In this document: one piece after another, positions 58,243-64,000 of the stretch
How the letters are laid out: each line of letters begins with the position of its first letter
Numbering within the stretch: the first letter of the stretch is position 1
Source: an uncultured bacterium
Lineage (GTDB): Bacteria; Zhuqueibacterota; QNDG01; DTFT01
Reading direction: 5' to 3'
NCBI GenBank assembly: GCA_963736115.1
Contig: CAVTNR010000022.1
Coordinates: 1-64,000, forward strand
DNA length: 64,000 nt
Position numbers and translations under genes: made by a program
The notes under the pieces: model-generated
Told to the model about the DNA's origin: nothing
Database searches by the model: none
Seen by the model: the letters and a program-made list of their open reading frames with translations, nothing else

Positions 58243-61200
58243 ATGAAATTCATCGCGGACTTCCACATCCATTCGCATTTCTCGCTCGCCACGAGCGGCC
58301 TGCTCAAGCCGGAGCATCTCGACCGGTGGGGCCGCATCAAGGGCATCCGGGTCATCGGAACCGGCGACTTCACCCACCCGGGCTGGGTGGCGGAATTGAA
58401 GGAAAAGCTGGATCCCGCGGAACCGGGTTTGTACAGACTCAAGCCGGCGCTCCGTCTGCCCGCATTTGGAGGCCCGACGGATGCGGACGACGGCGTCCGC
58501 TTCATGCTCACCGCAGAGATCAGCTGTATCTACAAGCGGTCGGGCCGCGTGCGCAAGGTGCACAATGTTGTCTTTGCGCCGGATTTCGAGAGCGCGGAGC
58601 GCATCCAAAGCCGGCTCAGGTCCATGGACTTCAATATCACCTCGGACGGACGGCCCATTCTCGGTTTCGATTCACGGGACCTGCTTGAACTCTGCCTGAA
58701 CGCCTCTCCGGACATCTTCTTCGTCCCGGCCCACATCTGGACGCCGTGGTTTTCCGCGCTCGGCGACAAGTCCGGATTCGATTCGATCCGCGAATGTTAC
58801 GCGGACCTGTCGGATCACATTCATGCCGTGGAAACCGGGCTCTCGTCCGATCCAGCGATGAACCGGCTGTGCAGTCAACTCGATCCGTACGCCCTCATCT
58901 CTAATTCAGACGCCCATTCGCCCGAGAAACTTGGACGCGAGGCGAACCGGTTCGATGCGGAACTCTCGTACCCCGCCATCATGGAAGCGCTGAAGCATCC
59001 GGACTCGGGCCGGTTTCTCGGAACAGTGGAATTCTTTCCCCAGGAAGGCAAATACCACCACGACGGACACCGCAAATGCGGCATTTCCTGGACGCCGGAT
59101 GAGACGGATCGGCATGCCGGGATCTGTCCCGTGTGCGGGAAACAAGTGACCGTCGGCGTTCTCAATCGTGTGCATCAGCTGGCGGACCGCAGCGGCCAGG
59201 AGGAGAAAATCGGACGGCCGACGTTCCGGTCCATCATTCCGCTCTGCGAAGTGCTGTCCGAGATCCGAGGCACAGGTCCGCACAGCAAGGCGGTGCAGGC
59301 TGATTACGCGGCCGTGGTCCGGAAACTCGGAAGCGAGCTGGACATTCTGCTCGAAGCGGAAGCAGAGGACATCCGGAATGCCGGGGGCGCATTGCTCGTC
59401 GAGGCGGTCAAGCGGATGCGGGATGGACGCGTGTCCGTTGAGGCGGGCTATGACGGGGAATACGGCCGTATTCGCGTATTCGGTCCGGAAGACAGACAGT
59501 CGCTCAGTCAGGAGAGTCTGTTCATCGGTGATTCCGAGCCAGTCGGACAACCGGTCCGGCGGGGGCGCATGAAAAAAAGCGAGGCCGCGGTCGGTGAAAA
59601 AGGATCGAACGGGTCCGGAAGAAAGGAGACGGGGAAGGACGCCGCAGGCGCCGGATTCATCCTTTCGGCACGGCCGAATACCCGTGCCCTTTCAGCGGAG
59701 GAGGGATCCGGCGGGACCGCAGGAGAGGGATCCGGGACGACCGGCCGAGTTCCGCTCAACGCGGAGCAGGAAGCGGCCGCGATTCACGACAGCGGGCCCG
59801 CGCTGGTTCTGGCCGGTCCCGGAACAGGCAAAACAGCCGTGCTGACCGGCCGGATTCTCCGCCTGATACAAGGTCGCGGCGTTCCGCCGGAACGCATTCT
59901 CGCCATCACCTTCACCAACAAGGCTGCTGAAGAGATACGCAGCCGTGTGTCCGCGGCCACCGGGGGGCCGGTAGAAGGGAAGCGGATGCCGTCCGTCCTG
60001 ACTTTCCATTCCTTCGGCCATGCTTTGCTCCGGGAGCGGCCGGACTGTTTCGGCCGGAACCGTGATTTCCGCATCGCGGATGAAGACGACACGCTCGATA
60101 TCCTCAGAACCTTATATCCGGAATCAAAAGACGTTCGTCGTTTCGCGAAAATGCTGAAACAGTCGGTGGGAAAAGCCGGACCGGAGACGGGAGTGACGGA
60201 CGCGGATGCTTCGGACGGGGAACAGCAGGCGCTGAGGGACCGTTACGAAGAAGCGCTCCGGTCCGAAAACCTGTTTGATTTCAGCGATCTGCTGACCCGG
60301 CCGTTGCGGCTGTTCCGGGAGGATGCGGAATGGGCCCGTTCCGTTGCCGGCCGGTACGATCACATCCTGGTGGACGAGTTCCAGGACGCGGACGAAGCGC
60401 AGTACGAGTGGATGAGGCTTCTGGCTGGGCGGGATTCCGGGGCGGGGTCGCCTCATCTCTGGGCGGTGGGAGACCCGGACCAGTCCATATACGGTTTCCG
60501 CGGCGCCAGCCCGGTTTTCATGACCCGGTTCACCGAGGATTTCCCGGGCGTCACGGTGTACCGTCTGACGCGCAGTTACCGGTGTCCGGATACGGTGCTG
60601 CGGGCATCGGGGATGGTTTTACTGAAAGCCGGTTCCGGGTTCCGAGTTCCGGGTTCCGTGTTGGAAGAGAGCGGTTCCGCGTTCCGCGTTCCGGGTTCCG
60701 GGTCGAAAAATGAAAATGATTCGGAAAATGATTCGGGGGGTGTGTCATGCCCGTTAAAACGGACCAAGCAATCCTATTTCTTGAATAGGGAAGGCCCGCA
60801 TTCCTTAAGCGGGCATCCAGGGGCGTGGGTAGAGAGGTCGAATCTCCGCGGAACGGACGAGAAGGTCAAGGTCCGCATTGCGGGAAACGTATCCGAGGCG
60901 TCCGAGGCGGAGTTCATCAGCCGCACCATTGAGGCGATGACGGGCGGCGTTCGGTTCTTTTCCATGGACAGCGGCATCACAACCGGAGCGGAGGAGGAAT
61001 CGCTTGGTTTTTCCGACTTCGCCGTGCTGTGCCGGATCAGCCGTCAGTTTCCGGCATTGGAAAAAGCATTTCGCGATCACGGCATTCCGTACCGCCGCTC
61101 GGACGCGGAGCCGTTCTACAGGCGGGAGCCCGCGAAAACAATCGTTAAGGCGCTTAAAAAATGTTCCGTGTTTCGGGTTCCGGGTTCCGGGTTAAAAGAA

Positions 61201-61962
61201 ACGGGTTCCGAGTTCCGAGTTCAGGGTTCCGGGTTGAAAAACGAAAATGATTCAGGGGGGGATGTCATTCCCGTTGAAACGGACCAAGCAATTCTATTTA
61301 TTGATCGTGGAAGGCCCGCGTTCTTGAAGCGGGAATCCAGGGAGGGGGGAGAGAGTTCAGAGGAAGAGAAGGCTTCCGAGTTCCGGGTCCCGAGTTCGGA
61401 GTTGAACGAAAAGGAATGGTCCGAGCTTGCGGCCGTCACGGGCAGGGTGCCTGTCCGCGACCTGATCCACAGGCTGATCTCCGTCCTCCCTCCGGTTTCG
61501 GATCCCGCGGACAGGCTCGATCTGGAACTGCTGGCGGAGCGGTCCGTCCCGTTCGGAACGGACTTGCCCGCTTTTCTGGCCGCGCTGGCCCTGGGATCAG
61601 GACCCGACTGGGTCCGTACCGGAGGCGATTCCGTATCGCTCTTCACCTTGCACGCGGCCAAGGGGCTGGAATTCCCGTGCGTCTTCATCGCGGGCGTGGA
61701 GGACGGCCTTCTGCCCTACACCCTGTCCGGTCAATCCTCCTGCGACCCGGAAGAGGAACGCCGTCTGCTTTACGTGGGCATGACGCGCGCCAAGAAGCAT
61801 CTGATCCTGTCCCACGCCGACCGGCGGGAGCTGTTCGGCCGCATGCGCAATCCCGCGAGAAGCCCGTTTCTCGATGACATCGAACAGACGCTTCTCAGCA
61901 CTGGAAAAGCGCAGGGAAAGAGGGGCCGAAAGCCCGGCCGGGACCAGTTGAATCTGTTTTAG
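58243..61962 (+). CDS. EndoQ-family PHP nuclease fused to UvrD/PcrA SF1 helicase
   Basis: DFHIHS, GTGDFTHP, PAHIWTPW, ETGLSSD, NSDAHS, GKYH.DGH..C, CPVCG; then AGPGTGKT, TFTNKAA, VDEFQD, GDPDQSIYGFRG, TLHAAKGLEF, EERRLLYVGMTRA. Confidence 0.93.
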   Translation: MKFIADFHIHSHFSLATSGLLKPEHLDRWGRIKGIRVIGTGDFTHPGWVAELKEKLDPAEPGLYRLKPALRLPAFGGPTDADDGVRFMLTAEISCIYKRSGRVRKVHNVVFAPDFESAERIQSRLRSMDFNITSDGRPILGFDSRDLLELCLNASPDIFFVPAHIWTPWFSALGDKSGFDSIRECYADLSDHIHAVETGLSSDPAMNRLCSQLDPYALISNSDAHSPEKLGREANRFDAELSYPAIMEALKHPDSGRFLGTVEFFPQEGKYHHDGHRKCGISWTPDETDRHAGICPVCGKQVTVGVLNRVHQLADRSGQEEKIGRPTFRSIIPLCEVLSEIRGTGPHSKAVQADYAAVVRKLGSELDILLEAEAEDIRNAGGALLVEAVKRMRDGRVSVEAGYDGEYGRIRVFGPEDRQSLSQESLFIGDSEPVGQPVRRGRMKKSEAAVGEKGSNGSGRKETGKDAAGAGFILSARPNTRALSAEEGSGGTAGEGSGTTGRVPLNAEQEAAAIHDSGPALVLAGPGTGKTAVLTGRILRLIQGRGVPPERILAITFTNKAAEEIRSRVSAATGGPVEGKRMPSVLTFHSFGHALLRERPDCFGRNRDFRIADEDDTLDILRTLYPESKDVRRFAKMLKQSVGKAGPETGVTDADASDGEQQALRDRYEEALRSENLFDFSDLLTRPLRLFREDAEWARSVAGRYDHILVDEFQDADEAQYEWMRLLAGRDSGAGSPHLWAVGDPDQSIYGFRGASPVFMTRFTEDFPGVTVYRLTRSYRCPDTVLRASGMVLLKAGSGFRVPGSVLEESGSAFRVPGSGSKNENDSENDSGGVSCPLKRTKQSYFLNREGPHSLSGHPGAWVERSNLRGTDEKVKVRIAGNVSEASEAEFISRTIEAMTGGVRFFSMDSGITTGAEEESLGFSDFAVLCRISRQFPALEKAFRDHGIPYRRSDAEPFYRREPAKTIVKALKKCSVFRVPGSGLKETGSEFRVQGSGLKNENDSGGDVIPVETDQAILFIDRGRPAFLKRESREGGESSEEEKASEFRVPSSELNEKEWSELAAVTGRVPVRDLIHRLISVLPPVSDPADRLDLELLAERSVPFGTDLPAFLAALALGSGPDWVRTGGDSVSLFTLHAAKGLEFPCVFIAGVEDGLLPYTLSGQSSCDPEEERRLLYVGMTRAKKHLILSHADRRELFGRMRNPARSPFLDDIEQTLLSTGKAQGKRGRKPGRDQLNLF
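60631..60820. repeat. Composite repeat inside the helicase CDS (heptamers + REP-like hairpin + 45-bp unit), copy 1
   Basis: (GTTCCGR)n arms, then GTCATG^[60750-60794]^CCCGCATTCCTTAAGCGGGCATCCAG. Confidence 0.85.
61163..61404. repeat. Composite repeat inside the helicase CDS, copy 2
   Basis: (GTTCCGR)n arms, then GTCATT^[61270-61314]^CCCGCGTTCTTGAAGCGGGAATCCAG, then another heptamer run. Confidence 0.85.
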
Positions 61963-61977
61963 CGGATCGTCCGTTCC

Positions 61978-62472
61978 ATGGAAATCAATCCATCCGAAAA
62001 GAAACTTTTTCGTGAAATCGTCCGTTTCGAATGCCGGGGCTGCGGCGCCTGCTGCAAGGTCCACGGGAAGTATGCTTACGTCTACCTGACCACGGCGGAC
62101 CGTAGGCGTCTCGCCCGCCATCTGGGCCTGAGCGTGCGCGAACTGATCAGAACCGTCTGTGTCCGGATCGACGGCCACTATTATATAGGCGAATCGAAGC
62201 GGAAATGCCGTTTTCTGGAAGGGAACCGGTGTTCGATCTATCCCGGCCGGCCGCATCAGTGCCGGTCATGGCCTTTCTGGCCGGACAACCTGGATGGGGA
62301 AGCGTGGATGAAAAATGTCCGGTCCGTGTGCCCGGGCGCAGGTCCGGTATTGGCTTCACGCTCCGCGGCTGCGGGACCGGAACAGAATGTCCCGGGAACG
62401 ACCGGATCCATCCGAACAAACGCATGCCGGAATCGCGACTTTTCCCTTGGAAAGAGCCGCGGCGATGCTTAA
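61978..62472 (+). CDS. YkgJ-family cysteine-cluster (CxxCxxCC) protein
   Basis: FEC..CGACC, C.FL....CSIY..RP.QCR.WPFW, CPG. Confidence 0.85.
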   Translation: MEINPSEKKLFREIVRFECRGCGACCKVHGKYAYVYLTTADRRRLARHLGLSVRELIRTVCVRIDGHYYIGESKRKCRFLEGNRCSIYPGRPHQCRSWPFWPDNLDGEAWMKNVRSVCPGAGPVLASRSAAAGPEQNVPGTTGSIRTNACRNRDFSLGKSRGDA

Positions 62473-62511
62473 ATTATTGCTCGAAACGACCACACAGAAG
62501 GGAGTGAACAG

Positions 62512-62886
62512 ATGACAACCATTTGGGATGATCTGAAGAAATCCGTCAAGGACGGATTGTCCGTAGCCGCGGCCAAAACCGAGGAATACACAAAAATCGG
62601 CAAGGCCAAGCTGGACCTGATGAACCTGAACAAGAGCCTGAACGCCGCTTATCACGACCTGGGTGTCACCGTATTTGAGCAGGCGTCCGAATCATCGAAA
62701 AAGACCGCTCCCCAGGATCCCAAAGTCAAGGATCATGTCGGCCGGATTGAAAAGTTCCTGCAGGACATCCAGGACAAGGAGAAGGAGATCGAGGAGATCC
62801 GCAGGGTTTCCGCCGCGTCCGTGAAATCCGGGGGCGAGGCCGGGCATACTGCTGAACCGGGCGCGGATGACAATCCAAAGGTTTGA
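62512..62886 (+). CDS. Conserved hypothetical coiled-coil protein
   Basis: AAGGGAG RBS; W..LKK...DG....A.KTEEYTKIGK.KL...LG. Confidence 0.7.
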   Translation: MTTIWDDLKKSVKDGLSVAAAKTEEYTKIGKAKLDLMNLNKSLNAAYHDLGVTVFEQASESSKKTAPQDPKVKDHVGRIEKFLQDIQDKEKEIEEIRRVSAASVKSGGEAGHTAEPGADDNPKV

Positions 62887-62974
62887 GGATCAGACAGACG
62901 CCGGCCGGCCGCGTTCCGGCGTCCACGGTTTCAGCGATCCGGCTCCGTCCTCTTCCGACGGGTTGGAAATAAAG

Positions 62975-64000
62975 ATGGACTTCACGGGCAGGGCGGACCT
63001 CCGGAAACGGTCGGCCGTTTTCCTCTTTCTCGCGTTTTCCGCCGCATGGGCAGGATCGTGCGGCAGGGAAGACGTTCCGCCCCCGGGTTCCGCCGACTCC
63101 GTCCATACGGCGGCCGCGGTGCCGGCGCGGAAAATGTCCGTGACCGTGGCAGCGGTCGGGGACGTCATGCTGGCCGGATCCGCGATTCCGGTGGTCAGCC
63201 GGTTTGGACCCGATTATCCGTTCGATTCCACGAGGACTTTGCTGCTGTCCGCTGACTTCGCGATCGGCAACCTCGAGGCGCCTTTCGGCACCAGCGGCAA
63301 ACCTTTCCAGAAGACTTACACGTTCCGTGCACCGCCCGGCTTCGCGGGCGGCCTGCGCAACGCCGGATTCAACGTCCTCAACCTGGCCAACAACCATATT
63401 CTCGATTACGGCGTGCAGCCGTTCCGGCAGACGCTTGAGATTCTCGACAGTCTGGGCATTGCGGCCTGCGGCGCGGGCATGAACCGTCATGCGGCGGAGG
63501 CGGGCGCGATCGTCGTCCGGGGCGGGTGGAAGGCTGCGTTTCTCGGATTCTCCCTGACCTATCCGGACGCCTTTTGGGCCACGGCTTCCAGGCCCGGCAC
63601 GGCCTTCGCCGTGAAGGAACGGATCGCGGCACGCATCGACTCCCTGCGGCCGGCCGCCGATCTCGTGATCGTCTCCTTTCACTGGGGCAAGGAACTGCAC
63701 GGCATGCCCCAGCCCTATCAGCGCGAGTTCGCGCGCGCCGCGATCGACGCCGGAGCGGACTTCGTCATCGGGCATCATCCGCATGTGCTTCAGGGTTTCG
63801 AACTCTACAGGGGAAAGCCGATCGCCTACAGTCTCGGTAATTTCGCCTTCGGGTCGAAAAGCGTCTCCTGCCGCGAAGGCGCTCTTTTCATCGCGTCCTT
63901 CGATTCCTCCGGATTCGCGGGCGGACGGGTCATCCCGCTCCGCGTGGACTATCAGAAGGTGCAGTATCAGCCGCGTCCGATGACGGGCGCGCCCGCGGAC
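62975..64000 (+). CDS. CapA/PGA_cap-family metallophosphatase-like protein (runs off the window; absent from ORF track)
   Basis: AVGDVML, NLEAP, LANNHILDYG, FHWG, GHHPHVLQG, YSLGNF in one open frame from ATG 62975. Confidence 0.92.
   Translation, partial: MDFTGRADLRKRSAVFLFLAFSAAWAGSCGREDVPPPGSADSVHTAAAVPARKMSVTVAAVGDVMLAGSAIPVVSRFGPDYPFDSTRTLLLSADFAIGNLEAPFGTSGKPFQKTYTFRAPPGFAGGLRNAGFNVLNLANNHILDYGVQPFRQTLEILDSLGIAACGAGMNRHAAEAGAIVVRGGWKAAFLGFSLTYPDAFWATASRPGTAFAVKERIAARIDSLRPAADLVIVSFHWGKELHGMPQPYQREFARAAIDAGADFVIGHHPHVLQGFELYRGKPIAYSLGNFAFGSKSVSCREGALFIASFDSSGFAGGRVIPLRVDYQKVQYQPRPMTGAPAD

Noticed and set aside
60631-61404. Inteins in the helicase
   Set aside because: No N-terminal Cys/Ser block or HN terminus; the inserts are short and repeat-derived

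Overview
GC-rich bacterial chromosome segment made mostly of core genes. The gene content (PorV-like barrel, DUF3108, LPS cluster, RsbU/V/W) suggests an FCB-superphylum diderm such as KSB1, which is inference only. In order it carries: obgE (partial), dprA, DUF362, glnS, an ABC-2 pair, two tRNA-Ser, gltX, tRNA-Thr, an LPS-core glycosyltransferase cluster with LpxL and MsbA homologues, a tsaC/LMW-PTP/DUF3108/NtrC-family operon, an ECF sigma, acpS-nnr, a degenerate PdxJ, a partner-switching module, a pilin facing away from a PilGHI/Xap-like ABC module, a hybrid kinase, xth, MATE, Hsp20, an EndoQ-UvrD fusion and a CapA-family gene (partial). glnS, gltX and MATE contain single-base indels that look like sequencing errors. 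Two small genes missed by the ORF track were found (a DUF5679 protein and a 51-aa lipoprotein). The most unusual signal is non-coding: seven copies of a fixed-length 31-32 bp core (CCTTC...TAnnAT..GCTTGGT), six of them joined to a 13-bp mini-hairpin to form a 44-45 bp unit. These units sit cleanly inside other palindromic repeats, stack in tandem, lie beside a duplicated tRNA 3' end, and occur in-frame, in two different reading frames, inside the helicase gene. Two heptamer inverted-repeat families are also present. No transposase, integrase or Cas gene was found in the window.
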